From Haplodiscus bocki (Eukaryota), in the NCBI GenBank assembly GCA_965655095.1, contig OZ296652.1, positions 372,001 to 436,000 of the forward strand: a stretch of 64,000 nt of DNA, given 5' to 3'. A program made the position numbers and the translations under genes. The notes under the pieces are model-generated. The model was not told the origin of the DNA. It searched no databases and was given only the letters and a program-made list of their open reading frames with translations. Shown here one piece after another: positions 27,201 to 42,341 of the stretch (position 1 is the stretch's first letter; every line of letters starts with the position of its first letter).

Positions 27201-28705
27201 TGCTTCCCTGCAAGACAATGTAATATTCCAACAAACTATCGCAGACGTTGAATGGAAAGAAGAGGAAGAGGACAACGCTATTCAGAGTAATCAATAGCTT
27301 TTGTCAACACATATAATCAAATGGTCAAGAACTCTGTGTTGACACCCCCGATCATGATTTTCACAAACGGCAAAAGCCGAAAACAAATCACGATATTATA
27401 GAGCTTCAAGAATGGGACACTGAATCTGAAATCTCAACTACAGAATCAAGCATGTTTTTGAATTAGAAGCCGCTGAAGACCCTCCGAATAATCCACCTTC
27501 TTGCAACAATAGTAGATTATATAATAGTTTGTTGGCGTTTTTTTTAATAAGCGTAACTTTACACTGGACTACTACACAAAACTTCAAACATTGCTTTTTT
27601 TCAAAAACGTGAAGGTAGAAAGCTTTGTGTTTAGTTTAGTAGGAAGTTCAATCTAAAAAATGTTCTACCGAATATCTCAGTTTCATACGGTGCGACCGCT
27701 GTTTGATAACAGCAAAGTAACTGAACATGAATTTGCAGGAGCAAAAAAATGGAATTTATTTGAAAATGCGAAAGTCTGTAGGTATTAATAAACGCACCAC
27801 CGCAACTGCTACAGATAGGTGAAGCAAGATAACCACTCCTATTACTAGCAAAGAATTTGAAAACAGACATGGCCACAGTCTGCTGCTCTCGAACCACAAT
27901 TTTGCTGCTTCCTGAAACGGAATCTGCTTTTCAGAGATACCCTTTTCAGAGCAATAAATATGCACTGCGACCAAAAGTTATCGAATCATAAACTATTTTC
28001 AATAGTCTTGAGATCGTTTTCCTGGGAATTTTTGTGTAATTTTTCAGTGTACAGCAAGATTTTCAGTCATACAACCTTTCATTTTATTCGTAGACGAGAA
28101 GTTCTCTGATTATTTCGTTGAGATCAGAGCATGAACTTGAAGTTTTTCTGCTTACTCTCGTGAATGGTACACTCCGTCAATTCTGCTGTTTCTGTCCGCA
28201 GCAGATTATGGCGGTGTCTGGTTGGCAAAGTTATGCAAACAATGTTAACATTATCTGGAAGAGTTAGTTGATCCCCACTACTATAAAATTCAGTCACACT
28301 ACATCCATTGATCGATTTTTGATCGATTCAGCCAGGAGCTCACTTGCAATGCTTTGTCAGAAAATTGTACAGCGTACCAGACTGGAGGATAAAATCTCTG
28401 GGCTTCTAATCCCAGTGCTGGTCTACAATTCACCATTGTAATGAATAGTCCGATCGTACTTTTCAAAAATTTCACGAAACATTCCTTTTCCTTGCTATTT
28501 GTTGTTGGTAAAGCTTAAGTTCTGCATAGACACGGTAGCAAACAAAGTTTTGGCTCATCCTTGTAATTCTCTCAAAAACTATGTGCAAGAATGTGATATA
28601 AAGTAACTTGATAAAGATTAATAAAGATGCCATAAGAAAGCTTGCAGCGAACAAGAAGGATTGACAAAGAATGTGAAAAAGATACCGAAAGAAAGTTTGA
28701 GGAGA

Positions 28706-29939
28706 AAAAACCATGTACCGAACAGTAACCCCTCAGAAAAGGAAACACTTGGCTTTTTTATCAATGCCAAGAACTTGCATAGGAAATAATCGAGAGTTTC
28801 TCTCTTTCATTGAAAAGCTTTGTCTGGAAAGAGTAAAGGAAGTTGATTTGCCAGAAGACTTCAGCACACCAGATGACTCTCACAATGGTTATCCAGATTT
28901 TCCTATGGCGCCGACTAAGGAACCAATTGATAATTACTGGCTAGGGGAGATTCAGACTGATATGCTGGGAATGACAGCAACAAAGACAACTTGAACAAAC
29001 AGCAAAAAAAATTGGTAAACACTTTATCAAAAAAACCAACTACCCAAAGCATTACCTGACACTGACAAAAACGGTGAATTGGATTTGAAAAGTACCGAAA
29101 CGCAGAGATTACTGCAATTTGAAAAGTGACAATGACTCCGAAAGTATATAGAACTAAACAAAAAGAAAAGCATCAGCAAAAAATTCGACAACTTCTAAGA
29201 TTATGATTAACTCAACGTTCGGCAAAAACATGAAAATCAGATGGATGAGATTATCGATTGAGATTCTCCGCACGAAAGATCAGTTGTTAGCTTAAACAAA
29301 GAAAAAGTGGATCGAAACGAGAAAGATTATGACCAATCAAGTGGCCTCAAAAACGTCTGCACTGCGGTAAATCTATTGGGACACCGAATTTGTTGATGCC
29401 ACAAACATGGAATATTGTTGGAACTCAATATGTATTGATTGCACTAAAAACATAAAGAACCAAGCTTCAAAACTATGAATAGGACGGCTTGCAAGAAGGC
29501 CTCAAAAACATGATACACTTGAACAAAAATTTGATTGTCCAAACTATCATCAACTGTACTCTAAACACCAAAACTTGGAAACAAATTCAAAAACGAAATG
29601 GGCGGAAAAATCATTCAGAGTATCATTGCTCCAGAGACAAAGTTATATTCTACTTCTACGAAAGACGAAGCGGAAAATCTCCGCAAAAGGAACCACCAAG
29701 TATGCTCGGAGAGTCTACCAACATTCGGTTCTTTTTCCGAATTGTTGCAAAGGCAAAGAATTCCCAACATTCGGTTCTTTTGCCGAACTGTTGCAAAGGC
29801 AAAGAAATCTTGAGAACTTTCAACAACACAATAAATTCAGTGGAACAATCTAATAGCTTTGCACACATCCAATAATTCTTTCAATTGTCCAAAGATACAC
29901 AATGTCCAATGGTGTGCTACAAAGCCTATTGGACATTAT
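28706..29939 (+). pseudogene. pPolB pseudogene fragment, copy 11
   Basis: Tandem copy; its first ~750 bp match copy 8 apart from one substitution. Confidence 0.86.
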
Positions 29940-31421
29940 TTCTTCCCTGCATGACAATGTAATATTCCAACAAACTATCGCAGACGTTGAATGGAGAGAA
30001 GAGGAGGAGGACAACGCTATTCAGAGTAATCAATAGCTTTTGTCAACACATATAATCAAATGGTCAAGAACTCTCTGTGTTGACACCCCCGATCATGATT
30101 TTCACAAACGGCAAAAACCGAAAACAAATCACGATATTATAGAGCTTCAAGAATGGGACAGAATCATGCATGTTTTTGAATTAGAAGCCGCTGAAGACCC
30201 TCCGAATAATCCACCTTCTTGCAACAATAGTAGATTATATAATAGTTTGTTGGCGTTTTTTTAATAAGCGTAACTTTACACTGGACTACTACACAAAACT
30301 TCAAACATTGCTTTTTTTCAAAAACGTAAAGGTAGAAAGCTTTGTGTTTAGTTTAGTCGGAAGTTCAATCTAAGAATGTTGTACCGAATATCTCAGTTTC
30401 ATACGGCGTGACCGCTGTTTGATAACAGCAAAGTAACTGAACATGAATTTGCAGGAGCAAAAAAATGGAATTGATTTGAAAGTGCGAGAGTCTGTAGGTA
30501 TTAATAAACGCACCACCGCAGCTGCTACAGATAGGTGAAGCAAGATAACCACTCCTATTACTAGCAAAGAATTTGAAAACAGACATGGCCACAGTCTGCT
30601 GCTCTCGAACCAGAATTTTGCTGCTTCCCGAAACGAAATCTGCTTTTCAGAGATACCCTTTTCAGAGCAATAAATATACACTGCGACCAAAAATTATCGA
30701 ATCAAAAACTATTTTGAAAAGTCTTGAGATCGTTTTCCTGGGAAATTTTGTGTAATTTTTCAGTGTAAAGCAAGATTTTCAGTCATACAACCTTTCATTT
30801 TATTCGTAGACGAGAAGTTCTCTGATTATTTCGTTGAAATCACAGCATGAACTTGAAGTTTTTCTGCTTACTCTCCTGAATGGTACACTCCGTCAATTCT
30901 GCTGTTTCTGTCCGCAGCAGATTATGGCGGTGTCTGGTTGGCAAAGTTATGCTAACAATGTTAACATTCTCTGGAAGAGTTAGTTGATCCCCACTACTAT
31001 AAAATTCAGTCACACTACATCCATTGATCGATTTTTGATCGATTCAGCCAGGAGCTCGCTTGCAATGCTTTGTCAGAAAATTGTACAGCGTACCAGACTG
31101 GAGGATAAAATCTCTGGGCTTCTAATCCCAGTGCTGGTCTACAATTCACCATTGTAATGAATAGTCCGATCGTACTTTTCAAAAATTTCACGAAACATTC
31201 CTTTTCCTTGCTATTTGTTGTTGGTAAAGCGTAAGTTCTGCATAGACACGGTAGCAAACAAAGTTTTGGCTCATCCTTGTAATTCTCTCAAAAACTATGT
31301 GCAAGAACGTGATAAAAACTAACTTGATAAAGATTAATAAAGATGCCATAAGAAAGCTTGCAGCGAACAAGAAGGATTGACAAAGAATGTGAAAAAGATA
31401 CCGAAAGAAAGTTTGAGGAGA

Positions 31422-32657
31422 AAAAACCATGTACCAAACAGTAACCCCTCAGAAAAGGAAACACTTGGCTTTTTTATCAATGCCAAGAACTTGCATAGGA
31501 AATAATCGAGAGTTTCGCTCTTTCATTGAAAAGCTTTGTCTGGAAAGAGTAAAGGAAGTTGATTTGCCAGAAGACTTCAGCACACCAGATGACTCTCACA
31601 ATGGTTATCCAGATTTTCCTATGGCGCCGACTAAGGAACCAATTGATAATTACTGGCTAGGGGAGATTCAGACTGATATGCTGGGAATGACAGCAACAAA
31701 GACAACTTGAACAAACAGCAAAAAAAATTGGTAAACACTTTATCAAAAAAACCAACTACCCAAAGCATTACCTGACACTGACAAAAACGGTGAATTGGAT
31801 TTGAAAAGTACCGAAACGCAGAGATTACTGCAATTTGAAAAGTGACAATGACTCCGAAAGTATATAGAACTAAACAAAAAGAAAAGCATCAGCAAAAAAT
31901 TCGACAACTTCTAAGATTATGATTAACTCAACCTTCGGCAAAAACATGAAAATCAGATGGATGAGATTATCGATTGAGATTCTCCGCACGAAAGATCAGT
32001 TGTTAGCTTAAACAAAGAAAAAGTGGATCGAAACGAGAAAGATTATGACCAATCAAGTGGCCTTAAAAACGTCTGCACTGCGGAAAATCTATTGGGACAC
32101 CGAATTTGTTGATGCCACAAACATGGAATATTGTTGGAACTTAATATGTATTGATTGCACTAAAAACATAAAGAACCAAGCTTCAAAACCATGAATAGGA
32201 CGGCTTGCAAGAAGGCCTCAAAAAATGATTGAACTTGAACAAAAATTTGATTGTCCAAACTATCATCAACTGTACTCTAAACACCAAAACTTGGAAACAC
32301 AAATTCAAAAACGAAATGGGCGGAAAAATCATTCAGAGTATCATTGCTCCAGAGACAAAGTTATATTCTACTTCTACGAAAGACGAAGCGGAAAATCTCC
32401 GCAAAAGGAACCACCAAGTATGCTCGGAGAGTCTACCAACATTCGGTTCTTTTTCCGAATTGTTGCAAAGGCAAAGAATTCCCAACATTCGGCTCTTTTG
32501 CCGAAGTGTTGCAAAGGCAAAGAAATCTTGAGAACTTTCAACAACACAATAAATTCAGTGGAACAATCTAATAGCTTTGCACACATCCAATAATTCTTTC
32601 AATTGTCCAAAGATACACAGTGTCCAATGGTGTGCTACAAAGCCTATTGGACATTAT
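31422..32657 (+). pseudogene. pPolB pseudogene fragment, copy 12
   Basis: Tandem copy with the same motifs and lesions. Confidence 0.86.
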
Positions 32658-34163
32658 TGCTTCCCTGCAAGACAATGTAATATTCCAACAAACTATCGCA
32701 GACGTTGAATGGAAAGAAGAGGAAGAGGACAACGCTATTCAGAGTAATCAATAGCTTTTGTCAACACATATAATCAAATGGTCAAGAACTCTCTGTGTTG
32801 ACACCCCCGATCATGATTTTCACAAACCGCAAAAGCCGAAAACAAATCACGATATTATAGAGCTTCAAGAATGGGACACTGAATCTGAAATCTCAACTAC
32901 AGAATCAAGCATGTTTTTGAATTAGAAGCCGCTGAAGACCCTCCGAATAATCCACCTTCTTGCAACAATAGTAGATTATATAATAGTTTGTTGGCGTTTT
33001 TTTTAATAAGCGTAACTTTACACTGGACTACTACACAAAACTTCAAACATTGCTTTTTTTCAAAAACGTGAAGGTAGAAAGCTTTGTGTTTAGTTTAGTA
33101 GGAAGTTCAATCTAAGAATGTTGTACCGAATGTCTGAGTTTCATACGGCGTGACCGCTGTTTGATAACAGCAAAGTAACTGAACATGAATTTGCAGGAGC
33201 AAAAAAATGGAATTTATTTGAAAATGCGAAAGTCTGTAGGTATTAATAAACGCACCACCGCAACTGCTACAGATAGGTGAAGCAAGATAACCACTCCTAT
33301 TACTAGCAAAGAATTTGAAAACAGACATGGCCACAGTCTGCTGCTCTCGAACCACAATTTTGCTGCTTCCTGAAACGGAATCTGCTTTTCAGAGATACCC
33401 TTTTCAGAGCAATAAATATGCACTGCGACCAAAAGTTATCGAATCATAAACTATTTTCAATAGTCTTGAGATCGTTTTCCTGGGAATTTTTGTGTAATTT
33501 TTCAGTGTACAGCAAGATTTTCAGTCATACAACCTTTCATTTTATTCGTAGACGAGAAGTTCTCTGATTATTTCGTTGAAATCAGAGCATGAACTTGAAG
33601 TTTTTCTGCTTACTCTCGTGAATGGTACACTCCGTCAATTCTGCTGTTTCTGTCCGCAGCAGATTATGGCGGTGTCTGGTTGGCAAAGTTATGCAAACAA
33701 TGTTAACATTATCTGGAAGAGTTAGTTGATCCCCACTACTATAAAATTCAGTCACACTACATCCATTGATCGATTTTTGATCGATTCAGCCAGGAGCTCA
33801 CTTGCAATGCTTTGTCAGAAAATTGTACAGCGTACCAGACTGGAGGATAAAATCTCTGGGCTTCTAATCCCAGTGCTGGTCTACAATTCACCATTGTAAT
33901 GAATAGTCCGATCGTACTTTTCAAAAATTTCACGAAACATTCCTTTTCCTTGCTATTTGTTGTTGGTAAAGCGTAAGTTCTGCATAGACACGGTAGCAAA
34001 CAAAGTTTTGGCTCATCCTTGTAATTCTCTCAAAAACTATGTGCAAGAACGTGATAAAAATTAACTTGATAAAGATTAATAAAAATGCCATAAGAAAGCT
34101 TGCAGCGAACAAGAAGGATTGACAAAGAATGTGAAAAAGATACCGAAAGAAAGTTTGAGGAGA

Positions 34164-35399
34164 AAAAACCATGTACCAAACAGTAACCCCTCAGAAAAGG
34201 AAACACTTGGCTTTTTTATCAATGCCAAGAACTTGCATAGGAAATAATCGAGAGTTTCTCTCTTTCATTGAAAAGCTTTGTCTGGAAAGAGTAAAGGAAG
34301 TTGATTTGCCAGAAGACTTCAGCACACCAGATGACTCTCACAATGGTTATCCAGATTTTCCTATGGCGCCGACTAAGGAACCAATTGATAATTACTGGCT
34401 AGGGGAGATTCAGACTGATATGCTGGGAATGACAGCAACAAAGACAACTTGAACAAACAGCAAAAAAAATTGGTAAACACTTTATCAAAAAAACCAACTA
34501 CCCAAAGCATTACCTGACACTGACAAAAACGGTGAATTGGATTTGAAAAGTACCGAAACGCAGAGATTACTGCAATTTGAAAAGTGACAATGACTCCGAA
34601 AGTATATAGAACTAAACAAAAAGAAAAGCATCAGCAAAAAATTCGACAACTTCTAAGATTATGATTAACTCAACCTTCGGCAAAAACATGAAAATCAGAT
34701 GGATGAGATTATCGATTGAGATTCTCCGCACGAAAGATCAGTTGTTAGCTTAAACAAAGAAAAAGTGGATCGAAACGAGAAAGATTATGACCAATCAAGT
34801 GGCCTTAAAAACGTCTGCACTGCGGAAAATCTATTGGGACACCGAATTTGTTGATGCCACAAACATGGAATATTGTTGGAACTCAATATGTATTGATTGC
34901 ACTAAAAACATAAAGAACCAAGCTTCAAAACCATGAATAGGACGGCTTGCAAGAAGGCCTCGAAAAATGATTGAACTTGAACAAAAATTTGATTGTCCAA
35001 ACTATCATCAACTGTATTCTAAACACCAAAACTTGGAAACACAAATTCAAAAACGAAATGGGCGGAAAAATAATTCAGAGTATCATTGCTCCAGAGACAA
35101 AGTTATATCCTACTTCTACGAAAGACGAAGCGGAAAATCTCCGCAAAAGGAACCACCAAGTATGCTCGGAGAGTCTACCAACATTCGGTTCTTTTTCCGA
35201 ATTGTTGCAAAGGCAAAGAATTCCCAACATTCGGCTCTTTTGCCGAAGTGTTGCAAAGGCAAAGAAATCTTGAGAACTTTCAACAACACAATAAATTCAG
35301 TGGAACAATCTAATAGCTTTGCACACATCCAATAATTCTTTCAATTGTCCAAAGATACACAGTGTCCAATGGTGTGCTACAAAGCCTATTGGACATTAT
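34164..35399 (+). pseudogene. pPolB pseudogene fragment, copy 13
   Basis: Tandem copy with the same motifs and lesions. Confidence 0.86.
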
Positions 35400-36907
35400 T
35401 GCTTCCCTGCAAGACAATGTAATATTCCAACAAACTATCGCAGACGTTGAATGGAAAGAAGAGGAAGAGGACAACGCTATTCAGAGTAATCAATAGCTTT
35501 TGTCAACACATATAATCAAATGGTCAAGAACTCTCTGTGTTGACACCCCCGATCATGATTTTCACAAACGGCAAAAGCCGAAAACAAATCACGATATTAT
35601 AGAGCTTCAAGAATGGGACACTGAATCTGAAATCTCAACTACAGAATCAAGCATGTTTTTGAATTAGAAGCCGCTGAAGACCCTCCGAATAATCCACCTT
35701 CTTGCAACAATAGTAGATTATATAATAGTTTGTTGGCGTTTTTTTTAATAAGCGTAACTTTACACTGGACTACTACACAAAACTTCAAACATTGCTTTTT
35801 TTCAAAAACGTGAAGGTAGAAAGCTTTGTGTTTAGTTTAGTAGGAAGTTCAATCTAAAAAATGTTCTACCGAATATCTCAGTTTCATACGGTGCGACCGC
35901 TGTTTGATAACAGCAAAGTAACTGAACATGAATTTGCAGGAGCAAAAAAAATGGAATTTATTTGAAAATGCGAAAGTCTGTAGGTATTAATAAACGCACC
36001 ACCGCACCTGCTACAGATAGGTGAAGCAAGATAACCACTCCTATTACTAGCAAAGAATTTGAAAACAGACATGGCCACAGTCTGCTGCTCTCGAACCACA
36101 ATTTTGCTGCTTCCTGAAACGGAATCTGCTTTTCAGAGATACCCTTTTCAGAGCAATAAATATGCACTGCGACCAAAAGTTATCGAATCATAAACTATTT
36201 TCAATAGTCTTGAGATCGTTTTCCTGGGAATTTTTGTGTAATTTTTCAGTGTACAGCAAGATTTTCAGTCATACAACCTTTCATTTTATTCGTAGACGAG
36301 AAGTTCTCTGATTATTTCGTTGAAATCAGAGCATGAACTTGAAGTTTTTCTGCTTACTCTCGTGAATGGTACACTCCGTCAATTCTGCTGTTTCTGTCCG
36401 CAGCAGATTATGGCGGTGTCTGGTTGGCAAAGTTATGCAAACAATGTTAACATTATCTGGAAGAGTTAGTTGATCCCCACTACTATAAAATTCAGTCACA
36501 CTACATCCATTGATCGATTTTTGATCGATTCAGCCAGGAGCTCACTTGCAATGCTTTGTCAGAAAATTGTACAGCGTACCAGACTGGAGGATAAAATCTC
36601 TGGGCTTCTAATCCCAGTGCTGGTCTACAATTCACCATTGTAATGAATAGTCCGATCGTACTTTTCAAAAATTTCACGAAACATTCCTTTTCCTTGCTAT
36701 TTGTTGTTGGTAAAGCTTAAGTTCTGCATAGACACGGTAGCAAACAAAGTTTTGGCTCATCCTTGTAATTCTCTCAAAAACTATGTGCAAGAATGTGATA
36801 TAAAGTAACTTGATAAAGATTAATAAAGATGCCATAAGAAAGCTTGCAGCGAACAAGAAGGATTGACAAAGAATGTGAAAAAGATACCGAAAGAAAGTTT
36901 GAGGAGA

Positions 36908-38143
36908 AAAAACCATGTACCGAACAGTAACCCCTCAGAAAAGGAAACACTTGGCTTTTTTATCAATGCCAAGAACTTGCATAGGAAATAATCGAGAGTT
37001 TCTCTCTTTCATTGAAAAGCTTTGTCTGGAAAGAGTAAAGGAAGTTGATTTGCCAGAAGACTTCAGCACACCAGATGACTCTCACAATGGTTATCCCGAT
37101 TTTCCTATGGCGCCGACTAAGGAACCAATTGATAATTACTGGCTAGGGGAGATTCAGACTGATATGCTGGGAATGACAGCAACAAAGACAACTTGAACAA
37201 ACAGCAAAAAAAAATTGGTAAACACTTTATCAAAAAAACCAACTACCCAAAGCATTACCTGACACTGACAAAAACGGTGAATTGGATTTGAAAAGTACCG
37301 AAACGCAGAGATTACTGCAATTTGAAAAGTGACAATGACTCCGAAAGTATATAGAACTAAACAAAAAGAAAAGCATCAGCAAAAAATTCGACAACTTCTA
37401 AGATTATGATTAACTCAACCTTCGGCAAAAACATGAAAATCAGATGGATGAGATTATCGATTGAGATTCTCCGCACGAAAGATCAGTTGTTAGCTTAAAC
37501 AAAGAAAAAGTGGATCGAAACGAGAAAGATTATGACCAATCAAGTGGCCTCAAAAACGTCTGCACTGCGGAAAATCTATTGGGACACCGAATTTGTTGAT
37601 GCCACAAACATGGAATAATGTTGGAACTCAATATGTATTGATTGCACTAAAAACATAAAGAACCAAGCTTCAAAACCATGAATAGGACGGCTTGCAAGAA
37701 GGCCTCAAAAATGATTGAACTTGAACAAAAATTTGATTGTCCAAACTATCATCAACTGTACTCTAAACACCAAAACTTGGAAACACAAATTCAAAAACGA
37801 AATGGGCGGAAAAATCATTCAGAGTATCATTGCTCCAGAGACAAAGTTATATTCTACTTCTACGAAAGACGAAGCGGAAAATCTCCGCAAAAGGAACCAC
37901 CAAGTATGCTCGGAGAGTCTACCAACATTCGGTTCTTTTTCCGAATTGTTGCAAAGGCAAAGAATTCCCAACATTCGGTTCTTTTGCCGAACTGTTGCAA
38001 AGGCAAAGAAATCTTGAGAACTTTCAACAACACAATAAATTCAGTGGAACAATCTAATAGCTTTGCACACATCCAATAATTCTTTCAATTGTCCAAAGAT
38101 ACACAGTGTCCAATGGTGTGCTACAAAGCCTATTGGAAATTAT
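36908..38143 (+). pseudogene. pPolB pseudogene fragment, copy 14
   Basis: Tandem copy with the same motifs and lesions. Confidence 0.86.
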
Positions 38144-39624
38144 TTCTTCCCTGCATGACAATGTAATATTCCAACAAACTATCGCAGACGTTGAATGGAG
38201 AGAAGAGGAGGAGGACAACGCTATTCAGAGTAATCAATAGCTTTTGTCAACACATATAATCAAATGGTCAAGAACTCTCTGTGTTGACACCCCCGATCAT
38301 GATTTTCACAAACGGCAAAAACCGAAAACAAATCACGATATTATAGAGCTTCAAGAATGGGACAGAATCATGCATGTTTTTGAATTAGAAGCCGCTGAAG
38401 ACCCTCCGAATAATCCACCTTCTTGCAACAATAGTAGATTATATAATAGTTTGTTGGCGTTTTTTTAATAAGCGTAACTTTACACTGGACTACTACACAA
38501 AACTTCAAACATTGCTTTTTTTCAAAAACGTAAAGGTAGAAAGCTTTGTGTTTAGTTTAGTCGGAAGTTCAATCTAAGAATGTTGTACCGAATATCTCAT
38601 TTCATACGGCGTGACCGCTGTTTGATAACAGCAAAGTAACTGAACATGAATTTGCAGGAGCAAAAAAATGGAATTGATTTGAAAGTGCGAGAGTCTGTAG
38701 GTATTAATAAACGCACCACCGCAGCTGCTACAGATAGGTGAAGCAAGATAACCACTCCTATTACTAGCAAAGAATTTGAAAACAGACATGGCCACAGTCT
38801 GCTGCTCTCGAACCAGAATTTTGCTGCTTCCCGAAACGAAATCTGCTTTTCAGAGATACCCTTTTCAGAGCAATAAATATACACTGCGACCAAAAATTAT
38901 CGAATCAAAAACTATTTTGAAAAGTCTTGAGATCGTTTTCCTGGGAAATTTTGTGTAATTTTTCAGTGTAAAGCAAGATTTTCAGTCATACAACCTTTCA
39001 TTTTATTCGTAGACGAGAAGTTCTCTGATTATTTCGTTGAAATCAGAGCATGAACTTGAAGTTTTTCTGCTTACTCTCCTGAATGGTACACTCCGTCAAT
39101 TCTGCTGTTTCTGTCCGCAGCAGATTATGGCGGTGTCTGGTTGGCAAAGTTATGCTAACAATGTTAACATTATCTGGAAGAGTTAGTTGATCCCCACTAC
39201 TATAAAATTCAGTCACACTACATCCATTGATCGATTTTTGATCGATTCAGCCAGGAGCTCACTTGCAATGCTTTGTCAGAAAATTGTACAGCGTACCAGA
39301 CTGGAGGATAAAATCTCTGGGCTTCTAATCCCAGTGCTGGTCTACAATTCACCATTGTAATGAATAGTCCGATCGTACTTTTCAAAAATTTCACGAAACA
39401 TTCCTTTTCCTTGCTATTTGTTGTTGGTAAAGCGTAAGTTCTGCATAGACACGGTAGCAAACAAAGTTTTGGCTCATCCTTGTAATTCTCTCAAAAACTA
39501 TGTGCAAGAACGTGATAAAAATTAACTTGATAAAGATTAATAAAGATGCCATAAGAAAGCTTGCAGCGAACAAGAAGGATTGACAAAGAATGTGAAAAAG
39601 ATACCGAAAGAAAGTTTGAGGAGA

Positions 39625-40859
39625 AAAAACCATGTACCAAACAGTAACCCCTCAGAAAAGCAAACACTTGGCTTTTTTATCAATGCCAAGAACTTGCATA
39701 GGAAATAATCGAGAGTTTCTCTATTTCATTGAAAAGCTTTGTCTGGAAAGAGTAAAGGAAGTTGATTTGCCAGAAGACTTCAGCACACCAGATGACTCTC
39801 ACAATGGTTATCCAGATTTTCCTATGGCGCCGACTAAGGAACCAATTGATAATTACTGGCTAGGGGAGATTCAGACTGATATGCTGGGAATGACAGCAAC
39901 AAAGACAACTTGAACAAACAGCAAAAAAAAATTGGTAAACACTTTATCAAAAAAACCAACTACCCAAAGCATTACCTGACACTGACAAAAACGGTGAATT
40001 GGATTTGAAAAGTACCGAAACGCAGATTACTGCAATTTGAAAAGTGACAATGACTCCGAAAGTATATAGAACTAAACAAAAAGAAAAGCATCAGCAAAAA
40101 ATTCGACAACTTCTAAGATTATGATTAACTCAACCTTCGGCAAAAACATGAAAATCAGATGGATGAGATTATCGATTGAGATTCTCCGCACGAAAGATCA
40201 GTTGTTAGCTTAAACAAAGAAAAAGTGGATCGAAACGAGAAAGATTATGACCAATCAAGTGGCCTCAAAAACGTCTGCACTGCGGAAAATCTATTGGGAC
40301 ACCGAATTTGTTGATGCCACAAACATGGAATATTGTTGGAACTCAATATGTATTGATTGCACTAAAAACATAAAGAACCAAGCTTCAAAACCATGAATAG
40401 GACGGCTTGCAAGAAGGCCTCAAAAAATGATTGAACTTGAACAAAAATTTGATTGTCCAAACTATCATCAACTGTACTCTAAACACCAAAACTTGGAAAC
40501 ACAAATTCAAAAACGAAATGGGCGGAAAAATCATTCAGAGTATCATTGCTCCAGAGACAAAGTTATATTCTACTTCTACGAAAGACGAAGCGGAAAATCT
40601 CCGCAAAAGGAACCACCAAGTATGCTCGGAGAGTCTACCAACATTCGGTTCTTTTTCCGAATTGTTGCAAAGGCAAAGAATTCCCAACATTCGGTTCTTT
40701 TGCCGAACTGTTGCAAAGGCAAAGAAATCTTGAGAACTTTCAACAACACAATAAATTCAGTGGAACAATCTAATAGCTTTGCACACATCCAATAATTCTT
40801 TCAATTGTCCAAAGATACACAGTGTCCAATGGTGTGCTACAAAGCCTATTGGACATTAT
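39625..40859 (+). pseudogene. pPolB pseudogene fragment, copy 15
   Basis: Tandem copy with the same motifs and lesions. Confidence 0.86.
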
Positions 40860-42341
40860 TTCTTCCCTGCATGACAATGTAATATTCCAACAAACTATCG
40901 CAGACGTTGAATGGAGAGAAGAGGAGGAGGTTAACGCTATTCAGAGTAATCAATAGCTTTTGTCAACACATATAATCAAATGGTCAAGAACTCTCTGTGT
41001 TGACACCCCCGATCATGATTTTCACAAACGGCAAAAACCGAAAACAAATCACGATATTATAGAGCTTCAAGAATGGGACAGAATCATGCATGTTTTTGAA
41101 TTAGAAGCCGCTGAAGACCCTCCGAATAATCCACCTTCTTGCAACAATAGTAGATTATATAATAGTTTGTTGGCGTTTTTTTAATAAGCGTAACTTTACA
41201 CTGGACTACTACACAAAACTTCAAACATTGCTTTTTTTCAAAAACGTAAAGGTAGAAAGCTTTGTGTTTAGTTTAGTCGGAAGTTCAATCTAAGAATGTT
41301 GTACCGAATATCTCAGTTTCATACGGCGTGACCGCTGTTTGATAACAGCAAAGTAACTGAACATGAATTTGCAGGAGCAAAAAAATGGAATTGATTTGAA
41401 AGTGCGAGAGTCTGTAGGTATTAATAAACGCACCACCGCAGCTGCTACAGATAGGTGAAGCAAGATAACCACTCCTATTACTAGCAAAGAATTTGAAAAC
41501 AGACATGGCCACAGTCTGCTGCTCTCGAACCACAATTTTGCTGCTTCCCGAAACGAAATCTGCTTTTCAGAGATACCCTTTTCAGAGCAATAAATATACA
41601 CTGCGACCAAAAATTATCGAATCAAAAACTATTTTGAAAAGTCTTGAGATCGTTTTCCTGGGAAATTTTGTGTAATTTTTCAGTGTAAAGCAAGATTTTC
41701 AGTCATACAACCTTTCATTTTATTCGTAGACGAGAAGTTCTCTGATTATTTCGTTGAAATCAGAGCATGAACTTGAAGTTTTTCTGCTTACTCTCCTGAA
41801 TGGTACACTCCGTCAATTCTGCTGTTTCTGTCCGCAGCAGATTATGGCGGTGTCTGGTTGGCAAAGTTATGCTAACAATGTTAACATTATCTGGAAGAGT
41901 TAGTTGATCCCCACTACTATAAAATTCAGTCACACTACATCCATTGATCGATTTTTGATCGATTCAGCCAGGAGCTCACTTGCAATGCTTTGTCAGAAAA
42001 TTGTACAGCGTACCAGACTGGAGGATAAAATCTCTGGGCTTCTAATCCCAGTGCTGGTCTACAATTCACCATTGTAATGAATAGTCCGATCGTACTTTTC
42101 AAAAATTTCACGAAACATTCCTTTTCCTTGCTATTTGTTGTTGGTAAAGCGTAAGTTCTGCATAGACACGGTAGCAAACAAAGTTTTGGCTCATCCTTGT
42201 AATTCTCTCAAAAATTATGTGCAAGAATGTGATAAAAATTAACTTGATAAAGATTAATAAAGATGCCATAAGAAAGCTTGCAGCGAACAAGAAGGATTGA
42301 CATAGAATGTGAAAAAGATACCGAAAGAAAGTTTGAGGAGA

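Larger units (their letters stand above)
13640..29470 (+). repeat. Higher-order repeat: near-perfect 8220-bp (3-unit) offset duplication
   Basis: ~13640-21250 matches ~21860-29470 line for line, with one substitution noticed near 20997/29217. ORF sets repeat at +8220 (13931/22151, 17515/25735, 20252/28472). Confidence 0.93.
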
